A stretch of DNA of 64,000 nucleotides from an uncultured cyanobacterium (GCA_963718615.1 OY970368.1:2752001-2816000); one strand, 5' to 3'; numbered from the stretch's first letter, positions 1 through 12,134 are shown. Made by a program: numbers and translations. Notes: generated by a model from the letters alone, not told the origin.

Positions 1-172
1 CCTCGGCGATCGCCCCCCTCGTTAACAGCGGCGATCCCCACAGCAAACTCGCCGAACAGGACAGTAGGCCGAGCCCAAGCCACCGCCAGCGGCTTGCCAA
101 GGACCTAGACCCCAGTCTTTTAAGTATTTTGGGGATCGGAGGAGTCAAATAAACTTTCTGAGTTTGTGCCAT
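1..172 (-). CDS. 5' part of an exported protein that runs off the window edge
   Basis: ATG at 172 reads MAQTQKVYLTPPIPKILKRLGSRSLASRWRWLGLGLLSCSASLLWGSPLLTRGAIAE, a signal-peptide-like sequence ending in AIA. No stop before position 1. Confidence 0.6.
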   Translation of the reverse strand, partial: MAQTQKVYLTPPIPKILKRLGSRSLASRWRWLGLGLLSCSASLLWGSPLLTRGAIAE

Positions 173-483
173 GGGAGCACCTCGCTGTTGCTGAACCGCA
201 ATGGGAATGGACAGATCTAGAGCGGGAAGATCTAGAACGGAACGGTCTACTCGATCAATAGCCTTTTCCATGGGAGAGGGTTTATTCCTTAAGCATGACG
301 ATAGAGTTTCCTTGCGTTCTATTGCGAAGGTTGTACAACTGTGTTCCTGAATTCTTCGGAAGTTTTCAGGCAGCGGGGCAGGCGATCGCCGCTAGTCAGG
401 CTTTGCATCCCCCATTACACTGATATTCACCTTCGGGTATTGTTTTTCCCAACCCATATTCTCCTTTTTGCTTCCTTGCTGCC

Positions 484-2340
484 ATGGATCATCCTGTCCT
501 TGACGTTCGCAATCTACGGGTCCGCTTTATCACCGATACCCAAACCGTGATGGCCGTGGATGATGTGTCGTTTCAGGTGCCGCGCGGCGAAACCCTGGCG
601 ATCGTCGGAGAATCCGGGTCTGGCAAGTCTGTCTCCTGTTTGGCCGCCATGGGGCTGATTCCCAAGCCACCGGGGGAAATTGTTGGAGGGGAGATTTGGT
701 TTCGCGATCGCGACGGCGAAGCCCCGTTCAATTTGCTACAGCTCTCGCCCCGGCAGCTTCAGCGGATGCGGGGGGGGGAGATTGGCATGATTTTTCAGGA
801 GCCCATGAGTGCGCTCAACCCGGTCTACACCTGTGGCGATCAGATTATCGAAGCGATTCGGCTCCATGAAGCGGTTTCGGTGACCGCTGCCAAGCGACGG
901 ACCTTGGCCCTTTTGCGCGAGGTGCAGCTCTTGCCCAGCGATGAGGACCTAGCGGAAACCTATCGACAAACCTGGCCCAGTCGTCGCTACGGCCAACAGC
1001 CCAGTATGCAAGATTTGCACGCAGCCATCCGCGCCCACAAAAAGCGACTGCTGAGCCGCTATCCCCACGAGCTCTCCGGTGGCCAGCTCCAGCGAATGAT
1101 GATCGCCATGGCCCTCTCCTGCGACCCTCAGTTGCTGATTGCCGATGAACCCACCACCGCGTTGGATGTGACGGTGCAAGCGACGATATTGCGGTTGCTG
1201 CGGGATTTGCGCGATCGCCGGGGCATGTCGATGATCTTTGTCAGCCATGACCTTGGCGTTGTTTCCGCTGTCGCCGACTGGATCGCCGTGATGTATCAAG
1301 GCAAAATTGTTGAGCTGGGGGCAGCGGCACAAATTTTTAATCGCCCGACCCATCCCTACACCAAAGGGCTGTTGGCTTGCCGTCCGCAGCTTGCCCATAA
1401 CTTTACCTACTTGCCCACGGTGAGCGACTTTATGGCGGAGGAGATCGCTGGGGATGGGACATCGAGCCTGGTAGAAAAAAGCGTGGATTTGGAGGTTTAT
1501 AGTCAACCGCGCGATCGCCTCATTGTCGGGAAACAAGCTCCCCTGTTGCAGGTGAAATATCTCACCGTTGAATATCCAGTCAAGGGACTATGGGGCCAGC
1601 CCAAACAGCGGTTTAAAGCTGTTGATAACGTTTCGTTCGACATTCAAGCGGGAGAAACCCTAGGGTTAGTGGGTGAGTCAGGCTGCGGCAAAAGTACCCT
1701 TGCATGCACGCTACTGCGTCTGATCAAACCCACGGCGGGAAGCATCATGTTTGCAGGTCAAAACATTGCTTGGTCTTCCGAGAAAGCCCTGCGAAAACTG
1801 CGGCGAGATCTGCAAATTATCTTCCAAGATCCCTACAGCGCTTTGGACCCACGCATGACGATTGGAGACACGTTGCTAGAACCCCTGCTGATCCATAGCC
1901 TGGAGCAAGACAAACGGGTCCATCGGCAACGCATTGCCACGTTGCTAGAGCGGGTGGGATTAGCCGCCGAGTCGATGAATCGCTATCCCCATGAATTTTC
2001 CGGCGGTCAGCGGCAGCGGATTTGTATTGCGCGGGCGATCGCCCTCAATCCCCGCTTTATCATTTGCGATGAATCGGTTTCTGCGCTGGATGTTTCGGTC
2101 CAGGCCCAGGTGTTGAATTTGCTGAAGGAATTGCAGTCAGAATTTGGTTTGACCTATTTATTTATTTCCCATGATTTGAGCGTGGTGAAATTTATGAGCG
2201 ATCGCATCATCGTCATGAACAAAGGCCGAATCGAAGAAATGGGAACCGCAGAGGAGATTTATCGATCGCCCCAACGGGAATATACCCAAAATCTTATTGC
2301 TGCAATTCCTCAGGTTCAGACCTATTGGGAATCAGCCTAG
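484..2340 (+). CDS. Dipeptide/oligopeptide ABC transporter ATP-binding protein with two fused ATPase domains (DppD/DppF-like)
   Basis: Two Walker A motifs ([16 protein letters not shown]), two signatures (LSGGQ, FSGGQ), Walker B motifs ADEPT and CDESV, and an HPYT motif. Confidence 0.95.
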   Translation: MDHPVLDVRNLRVRFITDTQTVMAVDDVSFQVPRGETLAIVGESGSGKSVSCLAAMGLIPKPPGEIVGGEIWFRDRDGEAPFNLLQLSPRQLQRMRGGEIGMIFQEPMSALNPVYTCGDQIIEAIRLHEAVSVTAAKRRTLALLREVQLLPSDEDLAETYRQTWPSRRYGQQPSMQDLHAAIRAHKKRLLSRYPHELSGGQLQRMMIAMALSCDPQLLIADEPTTALDVTVQATILRLLRDLRDRRGMSMIFVSHDLGVVSAVADWIAVMYQGKIVELGAAAQIFNRPTHPYTKGLLACRPQLAHNFTYLPTVSDFMAEEIAGDGTSSLVEKSVDLEVYSQPRDRLIVGKQAPLLQVKYLTVEYPVKGLWGQPKQRFKAVDNVSFDIQAGETLGLVGESGCGKSTLACTLLRLIKPTAGSIMFAGQNIAWSSEKALRKLRRDLQIIFQDPYSALDPRMTIGDTLLEPLLIHSLEQDKRVHRQRIATLLERVGLAAESMNRYPHEFSGGQRQRICIARAIALNPRFIICDESVSALDVSVQAQVLNLLKELQSEFGLTYLFISHDLSVVKFMSDRIIVMNKGRIEEMGTAEEIYRSPQREYTQNLIAAIPQVQTYWESA

Positions 2341-4777
2341 AAAAACGGGCCAACCTAAAAGCATAACGACGGGATAACCGACGACCACACCATCGGGAAA
2401 GACTGCTTGTCCCCCAAAATGCCAAGGCACCGGGCACCAATGGAACCCAAATGCCGAGTAACAGCAGCCCCCAACTGCTCCCGGCCAAAAGCGCAGAACC
2501 GATGACCAAACCGAGCCAGCCGCTGTAGCGCCGGAAAACGCGATTGGGGAGATGATTCAGCCCCCAGCCTAAAAGCCCCCAGCCTATAATCCAGAGCCAT
2601 TCTAGGGGTTGCGAGAGCGATCGAATCAACGGTCGATGATCTAGAACTGTACTTAAGAGTTGACTGACCAAGTGGGCCTGAACTTCGCTGCCCGTGAGGG
2701 TCGTCACCTTGCCAAAGCCTTGACTCTGGGTGGTGAGCCAGCGATAGTCGTTAAAGCTGGGGGCTGAGGTTCCAATCATCACTAGGCGATCGCGCAGCCG
2801 ATTTTGATCAAAGCGATCGCTCAAAACTTCTCCCAAGGAAACCGTTTCTGCAATCTGGGGCGTCACTCGATAGTTCACCATCACCTGATGTCCCCTCGCA
2901 TCAATGCGATGGTAGCCCCCCATATTGGTTTGCAGGGGCTGAAACACCGTTTTCCCAAACTGTAAATATCCCTCGGTTGTAATGCCAGCGTGAATCCCTT
3001 CATCGGCTAAATAGCGATTGGCTAACAGCCAGCTAAAGGCATAGGCATTGCGACAGGGAAGAGGTTGGCTGACGGCTAAGGGATAGCGACGCAAAATGCC
3101 ATCGGGGTCCTCTAGAACATTGTTAAATCCATAGTTCTCTAACGAAATTTCCGGTGGGGGCGGAACCCCCGGCTCGCCGTAGCTGCAAATGCCAAAGAGG
3201 CGATCTTGCGATCGCAACCACCGCCCCAGTTCTGGATAGGCAGGATTCACCGGTTGCTCACGATAGAGATCTAACCCCACGACACGGGGCTGTGCAGCTT
3301 CGAGCTTGATTCTAAGCTGATCAAGGGCATGGTCAGAGAGAGACGCAGCGCCCCGCTGACTGAGGGGCTGATTTTGGACATCGGTTTCTGTGATGGTAAT
3401 CAGCAGTAATCTGGGATCGGGGCCTTCGGTTGGGCGCGATTGCATCAATCGATCAAACCCTTGTAATTCTAAGGGCTGTAGAACTCCTAGGGACCGGAGC
3501 ACCAAGATAAGCCCGATGCTGATCAAACTCACCATCCCTCCGATCCATGGCGCTGGAGCCAAAACACCAGAGGACATTCTGCTAGCCAAGGCCTGATGGA
3601 CCCAAACGGGGTCAAAAACCTGTTGATAAACTCGATTTTTGATGACCCAATCCCCGGATTGTTTCTCCACCAATCCTGAAAGTTGAAGGGCTAAATGCTC
3701 CGGTGCTTGAGTAGCTTTTAGGCGACCTTTACAGACAATTTTCTCGTAGAGTTTGAGGAGTTGATTGCTGGATTGGGGATGATGGAGGAGGCGATCGCGA
3801 ATCGTACGCAAATGCTCGGGCTCATCCTGGGTTTCCCAATCAGCAATGATTTGAGTTTTGACTAAATCTGCAACGAGCTGAGGATAGTGAGTTGACTCTA
3901 CCGCTTCGCCGGTCTGGGCATCGAACCAGGGCCTGGGAGAGGGTTGGGTCTGGGGGAGTTGAGGCTGGGAGGTTTGGGCGATCGCCCGTTGGATCAGCCA
4001 ACACACCTTCTGGGTTAAAAACGGTTGCCCTCCGGTCCAGTCCAGCACAACTTTAAGCAAGGCCAAGGGGTCACGGACTAAATTGTGAAATCCTGCGGCG
4101 AGAGGCGCAATCTCATCGAACAAAAACCCTCGCAGCTCAATCGAACGACCAATATTAAAGGGGGTAGATTGAGGCTTTTGCCTAATCAGATCCGCAGGTG
4201 TTGCCACTCCCAAAAGCACAAACGTGAGCCGTTGATACTGGGGATGGCTAGCCCGTTTGTCGTAACAGTGGCGAATCAGTGCAAAAAAATCATCCGTGGA
4301 AAACCCCAGCCCCGTGACACTATCAATTTCATCGAGAAAGATCACGATTTTCTCGGAGATCTGTACCAATAGGACCGTTTCAATAAAGCTGCCGAGACGC
4401 TGAACTGGAGACAGCTCCTCATGGGCCTGTAACCACTGTTTTCGATTGATCTTGAGCTTAAAACCGCTTGCCAATTCCCAAATGATTCCCCCGTACCACT
4501 GCCGAGGCGTAATCTGTTGACTGCCGATACCGCTGAGCTCGATTTCTGCACTGGCGATGCCTTCTGCCCGTAGCCGCTGCATCGTCCGAGCCCGCAAGCT
4601 AGACTTTCCCATTTGTCGGGCATTCAACACATAACAGTAGTCTCCCCACTGCAAGGCTTCCCACAACTCCCGATCGGCCTGGCGCTGCACATAGGTCGGG
4701 GCATCTGCCGGTAAACTACCGCCCGGTTGATAGTGATAGGAAAAATGGAGAGCGCGAACCAAACAGCCTCCCGCCAA
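2294..4777 (-). CDS. AAA_35-like ATPase fused to a CHASE2 sensor domain, membrane anchored
   Basis: N-terminal [42 protein letters not shown] and [11 protein letters not shown]; then a TM helix; CHASE2 motifs ([36 protein letters not shown]); three C-terminal TM helices. Confidence 0.88.
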   Translation of the reverse strand: MAGGCLVRALHFSYHYQPGGSLPADAPTYVQRQADRELWEALQWGDYCYVLNARQMGKSSLRARTMQRLRAEGIASAEIELSGIGSQQITPRQWYGGIIWELASGFKLKINRKQWLQAHEELSPVQRLGSFIETVLLVQISEKIVIFLDEIDSVTGLGFSTDDFFALIRHCYDKRASHPQYQRLTFVLLGVATPADLIRQKPQSTPFNIGRSIELRGFLFDEIAPLAAGFHNLVRDPLALLKVVLDWTGGQPFLTQKVCWLIQRAIAQTSQPQLPQTQPSPRPWFDAQTGEAVESTHYPQLVADLVKTQIIADWETQDEPEHLRTIRDRLLHHPQSSNQLLKLYEKIVCKGRLKATQAPEHLALQLSGLVEKQSGDWVIKNRVYQQVFDPVWVHQALASRMSSGVLAPAPWIGGMVSLISIGLILVLRSLGVLQPLELQGFDRLMQSRPTEGPDPRLLLITITETDVQNQPLSQRGAASLSDHALDQLRIKLEAAQPRVVGLDLYREQPVNPAYPELGRWLRSQDRLFGICSYGEPGVPPPPEISLENYGFNNVLEDPDGILRRYPLAVSQPLPCRNAYAFSWLLANRYLADEGIHAGITTEGYLQFGKTVFQPLQTNMGGYHRIDARGHQVMVNYRVTPQIAETVSLGEVLSDRFDQNRLRDRLVMIGTSAPSFNDYRWLTTQSQGFGKVTTLTGSEVQAHLVSQLLSTVLDHRPLIRSLSQPLEWLWIIGWGLLGWGLNHLPNRVFRRYSGWLGLVIGSALLAGSSWGLLLLGIWVPLVPGALAFWGTSSLSRWCGRRLSRRYAFRLARFSRLIPNRSEPEELQQ

Positions 4778-4818
4778 GTTGAAATGGCTAGAGTATCTTA
4801 GTTGAGATTATCTCTATT

Positions 4819-6237
4819 TTAAGGGAGAGAGAGGCGATCGCGAAAATATTGACGGTAAAGTTGACAACGAACGGTGGCTTGATTACCTGTAAGTTTAATC
4901 AGTCCCAAATGGTGAAGTTGATAGGCAAGTAGGGGGGCTACATCGACAGGTTCCTGACGGCTAATCACTTGTCTAAAGGCATCGGCAAGTTCCGGAGATC
5001 GGTGTAGTACCAAAAGATGTTCTCTGAGATGATGGCCAAATAAGCTAGATTCTGTTGTGGCTTCGTCTAAGAGTTGCTGAAGGGAGAAGTTAGTATGGGT
5101 CTGGAGCTGACGAAAGGCTTGATCTAGGAGGGCTGGATGGCCTCCAATGAGATCGTTCAAGGATTGGAGGTCTACAGCGGTCAGGGAAACTTGATATCCT
5201 TCAGCAAGTTGCTGAATTTGCTCTATGTTCAGCTCGGGGAGTTCTAGCGGTAGGCCCACATTAAAGGGAGATTGGCTCCAATGTAAACGCACACAACCAT
5301 TCGTAGAATGAACAATCACGAGCCGTAATTGCATCCATAGAGATCGGGTTCTGGCCTTCTCGTACCAGGAGCGTAAAAGCCCAAAGAAATCCTCACAAAT
5401 CTCGGGATAAGCAAATAAAATGTCAACATCATCGAGGCAGAGCACTAAGGGGCGATCGTCTTGCGCCAAGAGATACTCTTCAAAGTAGGTGGTACAGCTC
5501 ACCTTCGCTCCAATTTCTACTTCTTCCCAATATTCGTCGAGAAGACTGGGTATTTTGAGTTCACGGCTAATGTTGAGACAAAGCCAGCGAAAAAGTCGAT
5601 TGAGATCGCTAAAATGTACGGCGCGATCGGCCATTTCAAAGCTAATTCTGACGACGCGATAGGGCGTTTGCACAACCTCGTCTAACACGGTGGTAATGAA
5701 GGAGGTTTTTCCCATCAATCGCGGAGCTTTGAGGCGAACCAATGCACCGGGTCGATGGAGGGCATCGTAACAAATCTTTTCAAGGGGAGGTCGTTTGACG
5801 TAGTTTTGCAGGGCTTGAATGGCAGGCGGAGTTTTAGGGAAACTCAAGCTTTGGGAAGGCGTTGGCTGTTGGGCAGATGGGGAGTGGCCGTTTTGTTCAA
5901 CCACCACTCCAACCGCAACGGGATGGCTGGGCGATCGCCCGTTCTGGTTTTGTGGCGCAGTCTGAGAGGTTTGCTTATACCGCTGCACGGCACCTTTAAA
6001 GTTGTTTTTTCTAACTTTCTCGCCTAGGGACTCGGACAACAGTTTCCAAAGACGGGGAGCCACATCTTGGCTAATGTAGCTTGTGGAATAGGAGGTTTGG
6101 GCTGCGATTTGGTCATAGTCGAGTCTATCCCAAACGCCTTTTAGGACAGCAATTTCGAGGTCGGTGAGATGGCGATCGCATTTCTCGACAGCGGCCTGAT
6201 TAACCACACTAATAGCATCTTCAAGTTCAAAGGACAT
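4819..6237 (-). CDS. N-terminal HTH-like domain fused to an AAA_35-like ATPase
   Basis: HLTDLEIAVLKGVW...YDQIA...LWKLLSESLGEKVRKNNF is the cyanobacterial HTH-like N-terminus. Followed by APRLMGKTS, LCLDDVD, SPFNVG and GGHP. Confidence 0.85.
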   Translation of the reverse strand: MSFELEDAISVVNQAAVEKCDRHLTDLEIAVLKGVWDRLDYDQIAAQTSYSTSYISQDVAPRLWKLLSESLGEKVRKNNFKGAVQRYKQTSQTAPQNQNGRSPSHPVAVGVVVEQNGHSPSAQQPTPSQSLSFPKTPPAIQALQNYVKRPPLEKICYDALHRPGALVRLKAPRLMGKTSFITTVLDEVVQTPYRVVRISFEMADRAVHFSDLNRLFRWLCLNISRELKIPSLLDEYWEEVEIGAKVSCTTYFEEYLLAQDDRPLVLCLDDVDILFAYPEICEDFFGLLRSWYEKARTRSLWMQLRLVIVHSTNGCVRLHWSQSPFNVGLPLELPELNIEQIQQLAEGYQVSLTAVDLQSLNDLIGGHPALLDQAFRQLQTHTNFSLQQLLDEATTESSLFGHHLREHLLVLHRSPELADAFRQVISRQEPVDVAPLLAYQLHHLGLIKLTGNQATVRCQLYRQYFRDRLSLP

Positions 6238-6636
6238 GCTGATTCCTGATAAAACACCCCAAACAATGACTCAGTAGATGCAGACCACGTCGTGACATTT
6301 TTGTCAATCTCTGATGATAATTTTACGTGTTTTGTCCCAAAAAAACTGAGTTTTTTGACAAAACTTGAAGCTTGGGGCCTCAAAAACCTGAATTTTTCTC
6401 AACTTTTTAGCTAGAATCTCCGGCAGAATACTGACAGACAGATCGGCAGCCTTGCTGAAAAGATGGTCCGTCACAGGGGCTGTTTTGTTACAGAGAATAC
6501 GGTTTTTTGCCGATCTGTCATTCAATGACGAGTTCTCAATCGCTCATTCACTAATTCAGTCGAGCAAGACGTTTTTTCGGACGATCGCGTCAAACCTGTC
6601 AACTGGCTCAACCTCAGGTCATGCTAAACCAATTTT

Positions 6637-6700
6637 CCCCTTTGTGCTTCAGCTCCTGGGGGCGGTGACGTTGGTGGGCTATTTTTCGTTTCGCAGGCAC
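6637..6700 (+). pseudogene. Remnant of the N-terminal TM helix of a Cache-type sensor protein
   Basis: PFVLQLLGAVTLVGYFSFR matches the common cyanobacterial sensor N-terminus (PFVLQIxxAVGLVGYLSxRNG). No downstream domain follows. Confidence 0.45.
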
Positions 6701-6771
6701 CGCCAATACTTTGCTCCCTCTAGCATGGCGAACAAGAATGGCAAAGCAGAGTACCTTTTGCTTGTAGGCTG

Positions 6772-9741
6772 ATGATGGCGATTGACTACTCAGTGTGCTG
6801 CGAGGAAAAGAGTGTGTTTCTTCTGGAACGACACAATGGCTTAGTGCCCGGTGAATTGCTTCTGAGCTTGTTTGCTGTTGGGTTGATACCGTGCGAGGCG
6901 ATCGCCCAAATCCAACCCGATGCCACCCTCGGTGCAGAAAATTCCCAGGTCACAGCCGCAATCCAGAATGGAATCTCCACCTACGACATTACCGGCGGTG
7001 CAGTCAGAGGCAGCAATCTTTTCCATAGCTTTGAGCAGTTTTCAATCGCAACGGGAGAGGTTGCACGTTTTCGCAGTGGGGGGGCGATCGCAAACATCCT
7101 TAGCCGAGTTACGGGCGGCGGACGTTCTAGCCTAGATGGTACGCTGGCCGTGGAAGGGAGTACAAATCTATTTTTCTTAAATCCAGCGGGCATTATGATC
7201 GGCCCGAATGCTCAGCTTGATCTGAAGGGGTCTTTTACGGCGAGTACTGCTGAAGGTTTGGCCTTTCTGGATGGTTTTGTTTACAACAGTGAGCTGCCAG
7301 GGACGTTACCTTTGCTCACTGTAAGTACGCCTGTTGGGATAGTTTGGGGCGATCGCCCTGGTTCTATCCAAGTATTTAGTCAATCTCCCGACCCAGCAAC
7401 GGGATTAGGCTCAGGGCTGAAGGTAAACCCTGGGCAAACGCTGAGTTTGATCGGGGGAGGAATTGCGCTGGATGGCGCGACGCTGCAAGCGCCAAGCGGT
7501 AAAATTTCGCTGTTGAGTGCTGGGGATATTCGGCTGGCGAATCAGTCGTTGGTGGATGTCAGTGGGGTAGGGGGTGGGGAGATTGAGGTGGAGGGACAAG
7601 AAATTGTTTTGACGGGGCGATCGGCCCTGATTTCGGATACGTTTGGGGAAGTGGATGGGAAAGGGATTTGGATTGAGGGCGATCGCATCCAACTGTTAGA
7701 GAGCTCATACCTTGGCGCGGCAACCTCTGGAGCTGGGAATAGTGGCAGCATCCAGGTAAATGCGGCTCAAGACATTGAGATCACAGGCACAGCGATTGCT
7801 AACTATAAACAAATCGAGCTCAATTCTTTTTTAGGAACAAGACAGATTGAGGAGCGTGCGATCGGAGGTATTGTAACCACAACAACAGCCTCAGGACGCA
7901 CGGGAGATATCTCTCTCAACGCACAAAGACTGTCGCTGAACCAGGGCGTGCTGGTCTCCACCGAAACCTTTGGGACTGGAGACAGCGGCGATATTAGCGT
8001 TGTGGCAACAGACTCAGTCCGCCTTGGCGGCTCGGGCATCCTAGCCGGTAGCCGCAGCACTGGCATCGCCATACTCACGCCCAACGGCATTCCAACAGGA
8101 CGATCCACAGTGGGCATTCCAGCCGGAAGTGGCGGCAATATTAGCATCCGCACCACCCGCCTCGCTATAGAAGATGGCAGCGGCATTGTTGCTGGAACAA
8201 CAACCGATAGCGCTTCGGGAGATCTGTTTGTCCGGGCAACGGAGTCAGTGCTTTTACGGGGTGATTTTGCACCCTTCTTTTTTCCCACATCCATTACAAC
8301 GGTGTCCATTGGAGGGAGCGGCCCTGCTGGCGATCTCACCATTGAAACCGGTCGGTTGTCGGCTCAAGATGGCGCGCCGATTTTTGCTGATTCAGGTGCT
8401 CGGGCAATTGCGGGTCGAGTAGATGTGGGTGGCCCTGCTGGAAACGTGACGATTACAGCGACTGAATCAGTAGAGCTGATCGGCGGCCAGCCGCTTTTTG
8501 GCGTGTTTATTAGTAGCGGTATTCGTTCCAGGACGTTCACCGCAGCATCTGCGGGTACGGTGCAAATTACAACACCGATGCTGATACTTCAAGATGGCGG
8601 GCAAATTACCAGCGCCGCCCGAAATTCGGGTGATGGCGGTGCCATTAATATCAATGCCCAAACGGTGCTTGTCTCAGGCGCGGGTAGCGCCGACGCTGAT
8701 GCCCGTAGCGGCATTGTTGCCAGTGCAGGCGTTGCAGCCCAAACATCGTTTGTTACGGGTGAGATCATCTCTGTACCCGCTAGCGGAGCCGGAGGCACCA
8801 TCACCCTTAATGCGGATAACGTGACGGTACAAGACACCGCTGAAATATCCGTCGGTAGCTTTGGCTCAGGCGGTGCGGGTAATCTGAATCTCACCGCTGG
8901 TACTGTCCGTTTGGCTCGCGGTGGCAGCCTGAGCGCGGCAACAACCTCGGGTGAAGAAGGCAATATTACGGTGACCGCTGGCCAGCTAACGATCGATGAC
9001 AGCAGCATCACAGCGACATCTGGCAGGAGTAACGGTGGCAATCTATCGTTTGAACTGCAAAATTTTCTGTTGCTCAGAAACGGCAGTCTGATTTCGACAG
9101 ACGCGAGGACGGCGACCGGAGCTGGCGATGGCGGCAATATTGTCTTTGAAGGCGGGTTTATTTTGGCTGTTTCTGGCGAAAACAGTGACATGATTGCCAA
9201 TGCCTTCCAGGGGCAGGACGGCCGCATCAACCTATCAGCCCAAGCTATTTTGGGACTGATGACGAGCAGTGGCTTGAGCACGACGGAGCTACGCCGAAAC
9301 AAGACAAATGACATTAGCGCTAGTTCTGAGTTGGGACCCCCTGGAGAGGTACGGCTACAAAATCTAGCGGCTAACCCAGAGCAAGGGTTGGCAGAGTTGC
9401 CGGAGGAACCGCTGAGTGGCGAACAGTTGATTAGCCAAAACCTTTGCTCAGCGAGTTCGCAGCGCAGTGAGTTTGTCGTCACAGGCCGGGGTGGAGTGCC
9501 CGCCGCTCCCACCGATACCCTCAGCGCCTTGCCCGTCTGGGAAGACGGTGGGCAAGCAGACGCGGCTCGCAAAACGTCCAGTCCTTTGGTGGAAGCACAA
9601 CGTTGGCGCACAACCACTGACGGTAAGGTGGTTCTCTATGCGGCGGTTCCGGCTTTGGTGCGATCGCGATCGCCCAGTTGCCAAACCATCCAGAACGCAA
9701 TCAACCCTGCATTGGATGAACGCGGTTCGTCCCTACGATGA
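6772..9741 (+). CDS. Filamentous haemagglutinin family exoprotein with a TPS secretion domain (start codon uncertain)
   Basis: AIAQIQPDATLG signal junction, NLFHSFEQFS, NILSRVTGG, NLFFLNPAG; Gly/Ser/Thr-rich beta-helix repeats (GNSGSIQV, GDGGNI); C-terminal FVVTGRGG...LVEAQRW typical of cyanobacterial members. Confidence 0.92.
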   Translation: MMAIDYSVCCEEKSVFLLERHNGLVPGELLLSLFAVGLIPCEAIAQIQPDATLGAENSQVTAAIQNGISTYDITGGAVRGSNLFHSFEQFSIATGEVARFRSGGAIANILSRVTGGGRSSLDGTLAVEGSTNLFFLNPAGIMIGPNAQLDLKGSFTASTAEGLAFLDGFVYNSELPGTLPLLTVSTPVGIVWGDRPGSIQVFSQSPDPATGLGSGLKVNPGQTLSLIGGGIALDGATLQAPSGKISLLSAGDIRLANQSLVDVSGVGGGEIEVEGQEIVLTGRSALISDTFGEVDGKGIWIEGDRIQLLESSYLGAATSGAGNSGSIQVNAAQDIEITGTAIANYKQIELNSFLGTRQIEERAIGGIVTTTTASGRTGDISLNAQRLSLNQGVLVSTETFGTGDSGDISVVATDSVRLGGSGILAGSRSTGIAILTPNGIPTGRSTVGIPAGSGGNISIRTTRLAIEDGSGIVAGTTTDSASGDLFVRATESVLLRGDFAPFFFPTSITTVSIGGSGPAGDLTIETGRLSAQDGAPIFADSGARAIAGRVDVGGPAGNVTITATESVELIGGQPLFGVFISSGIRSRTFTAASAGTVQITTPMLILQDGGQITSAARNSGDGGAININAQTVLVSGAGSADADARSGIVASAGVAAQTSFVTGEIISVPASGAGGTITLNADNVTVQDTAEISVGSFGSGGAGNLNLTAGTVRLARGGSLSAATTSGEEGNITVTAGQLTIDDSSITATSGRSNGGNLSFELQNFLLLRNGSLISTDARTATGAGDGGNIVFEGGFILAVSGENSDMIANAFQGQDGRINLSAQAILGLMTSSGLSTTELRRNKTNDISASSELGPPGEVRLQNLAANPEQGLAELPEEPLSGEQLISQNLCSASSQRSEFVVTGRGGVPAAPTDTLSALPVWEDGGQADAARKTSSPLVEAQRWRTTTDGKVVLYAAVPALVRSRSPSCQTIQNAINPALDERGSSLR

Positions 9742-12134
9742 TGAAACGATTTGGGCAACGCTTTGGGCCACGATTTGGACGGTTTTGGGTTCTCCTAACC
9801 CTGTTTTTTTTGCTAACCCTGGTTCAGGCATTTGTGCCGCTTGGTTCACCCCTTCAGGCTCAAGCACCGACTCAAGTTGTCCTACAACAAGCCCAACAGC
9901 TCAACGCCGAAGGACGGCAGCAGCTCATCCAAGGCAACGCCGAACAGGCCCTCGAAACCTGGCGTTCCGCTGAAGCTCAGTACCAAGCCGCCAATCACCC
10001 CGAAGGCGTCCTCGGCACCCAGCTCAACCAAGCCACGGCGCTGCAAGTGCTGGGCTTCTACCGTCAGGCCCGCCAACAGCTCAACCGCATTGAAACCCAG
10101 CTTGAGACCTTCCCCGACTCTTTGCTCAAAGCCCAGGGACTGCTCAGTCTCGGTAATCTGTTGCGTCTGCAAGGAGAAGTTGAGCGATCGCAAACCCTCC
10201 TCACCACCAGTCTCACCATCGCCCAAAGCCTTCCCCCATCCCAAAAAACCGCTCAAATCACCAGCCAAATCCACCTCAGCCTCGCCAACACCCTCCGCAG
10301 CCAAAACCAAGCCCAAGCCGCCCTCGAAAACTACCAGCAAGCTGCCACCCTCGCCCCCAGCGATCTGTTGCGTCTGCAAGCCCAGCTCAACCAGCTCAGC
10401 CTCCGACTCGACGAGAGCGACATCCCCACCGCAACAAGCCTCGCTATCGCCATTGCCCCCAGCCTAGAACAATTCCCCCCCAGCCACGACAGCATCAATG
10501 CCCAGGTCAACTTTGCCCAAAGCCTCATGGACTTGGCTCAGGTGTTTCCGCCCGATCGCTTGCCCAATCCTGAAACAGTCCTCACAACTGCCATCGACCA
10601 AGCCCGCAGATTAGAAGACGCTCGCTCGCAAAGCTATGCCCAAGGCATTCTCGGCCACTGGTACGAACAGCAACGCCAGTGGGACAAAGCAATCGCCACC
10701 ACTCAAACCGCCCTAGACCTCGCTGAAACCCTGCGCGCTGCGGATATCGCCTATCAGTGGCATTGGCAACAGGGGCGGCTGTATCGCCAGAGGGGTCAGA
10801 TTTCTGAGGCGATCGCCCAATACACCGCTGCCATCGAAAACCTCAGTGAGCTGCGCAGCGACCTTACCGCCCTCAACCCCGATGTTCAGTTTGAATTTCG
10901 TGAAAAAGTCGAGCCAGTTTACCGAGAATTAGTCGATTTACTCCTGCGCGATCCCAATCCCGCTCCTCAGCAGCTTGCCCAGGCACGCAACATCATCGAA
11001 GCCCTGCAATTAGCAGAATTAGACAACTTTTTTCGGGATGCCTGCGCCAGTCCAGAGGTGGTCAATATTGATGACTTAGACCCAACAGCGGCCATTCTGT
11101 ATCCGATTCTGTTGGAAAATCGCCTAGAGCTAATTCTCAAAATACCGGGAGAAGCTACGCTTAAACATGCGAGTTTGCCGGAGCTATCGCCCCAACAAAT
11201 CAATCAAATCGCTCAACAATTCGCCACCTTACTCAAACGACGCAGCAGTAATATTCAAGAACTCAAAAGCCTAGGAAATCAGCTTTATTCCTGGTTAATT
11301 CAGCCCTTTGAGGAAGAGTTAGAAATTGGCTTAGAGCGCGATCGCAGTTCGATCAAAACCCTAAGTTTTGTGCTAGATGGCGCGTTGCGAAACATTCCCG
11401 TGGGGGCATTGTTTGATGGCCAGCGGTATTTAATTGAACGGTATGCGATCGCCATTACCCCCGGCTTAAACCTTCTTGATCCCAAGCCCTTGCCTCGCCA
11501 ATCCTTGCAGGCGCTAGTCGCCGGAGCCGAAGATGCCCCAAGTTTTCGGATGGCAAACCTCGCTCCTTTAGAAAACGTGGCACTGGAACTAGAGGGGATC
11601 AAAAAAGAACTCACAAGAAGTGAAGTACTGGCGGATAGTGCGTTTTTAAGGGCTAATCTCAGCCAAGCGATCAATGCGCGACCCTTTAATATCATTCATC
11701 TAGCAACCCATGGGCAATTTAGTGCCAACCCTGAGCAAACGTTCATTTTGGATTGGCAAGACCGTATCTCCACTCGCGAAATGGATGAACTCTTGTTTTT
11801 GGATGATCCTGTGCGAGCGGTCAAGAACCCGATTGAATTGCTGGTGCTCAGTGCCTGTGAAACTGCAACCGGCGACAATCGGGCTGCACTGGGCCTAGCT
11901 GGTCTTGCCATCCGTGCGGGAGCCCGCAGCACCGTAGCAAGTCTTTGGAATATCGATGATGCTTCAACGGCGGAGTTTATGGTGCGCTTCTACCAGGAAC
12001 TGGCAAAACCAGGGCTGAGCAAGGCCGAAGCGCTGCGGAATAGTCAGCTAGCGTTTCTCAAAGAGTACAAAGATACGGATTATCGGCGGCCTTACCATTG
12101 GGCTCCGTTCATACTCCTGGGGAACTGGCTGTAG
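9738..12134 (+). CDS. Secreted TPR-CHAT domain (caspase-like) protease
   Basis: Signal peptide, TPR helices, catalytic His (IIHLATHGQF) and Cys (LVLSACETA), terminal PYHWAPFILLGNWL. Start overlaps the FHA stop codon. Confidence 0.93.
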   Translation: MMKRFGQRFGPRFGRFWVLLTLFFLLTLVQAFVPLGSPLQAQAPTQVVLQQAQQLNAEGRQQLIQGNAEQALETWRSAEAQYQAANHPEGVLGTQLNQATALQVLGFYRQARQQLNRIETQLETFPDSLLKAQGLLSLGNLLRLQGEVERSQTLLTTSLTIAQSLPPSQKTAQITSQIHLSLANTLRSQNQAQAALENYQQAATLAPSDLLRLQAQLNQLSLRLDESDIPTATSLAIAIAPSLEQFPPSHDSINAQVNFAQSLMDLAQVFPPDRLPNPETVLTTAIDQARRLEDARSQSYAQGILGHWYEQQRQWDKAIATTQTALDLAETLRAADIAYQWHWQQGRLYRQRGQISEAIAQYTAAIENLSELRSDLTALNPDVQFEFREKVEPVYRELVDLLLRDPNPAPQQLAQARNIIEALQLAELDNFFRDACASPEVVNIDDLDPTAAILYPILLENRLELILKIPGEATLKHASLPELSPQQINQIAQQFATLLKRRSSNIQELKSLGNQLYSWLIQPFEEELEIGLERDRSSIKTLSFVLDGALRNIPVGALFDGQRYLIERYAIAITPGLNLLDPKPLPRQSLQALVAGAEDAPSFRMANLAPLENVALELEGIKKELTRSEVLADSAFLRANLSQAINARPFNIIHLATHGQFSANPEQTFILDWQDRISTREMDELLFLDDPVRAVKNPIELLVLSACETATGDNRAALGLAGLAIRAGARSTVASLWNIDDASTAEFMVRFYQELAKPGLSKAEALRNSQLAFLKEYKDTDYRRPYHWAPFILLGNWL

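Noticed and set aside
8589-9617. 342-aa minus-strand ORF and similar ORFs inside the FHA gene
   Set aside because: Antisense shadows of a repetitive Gly/Ser/Thr-rich gene, with no recognisable motifs.
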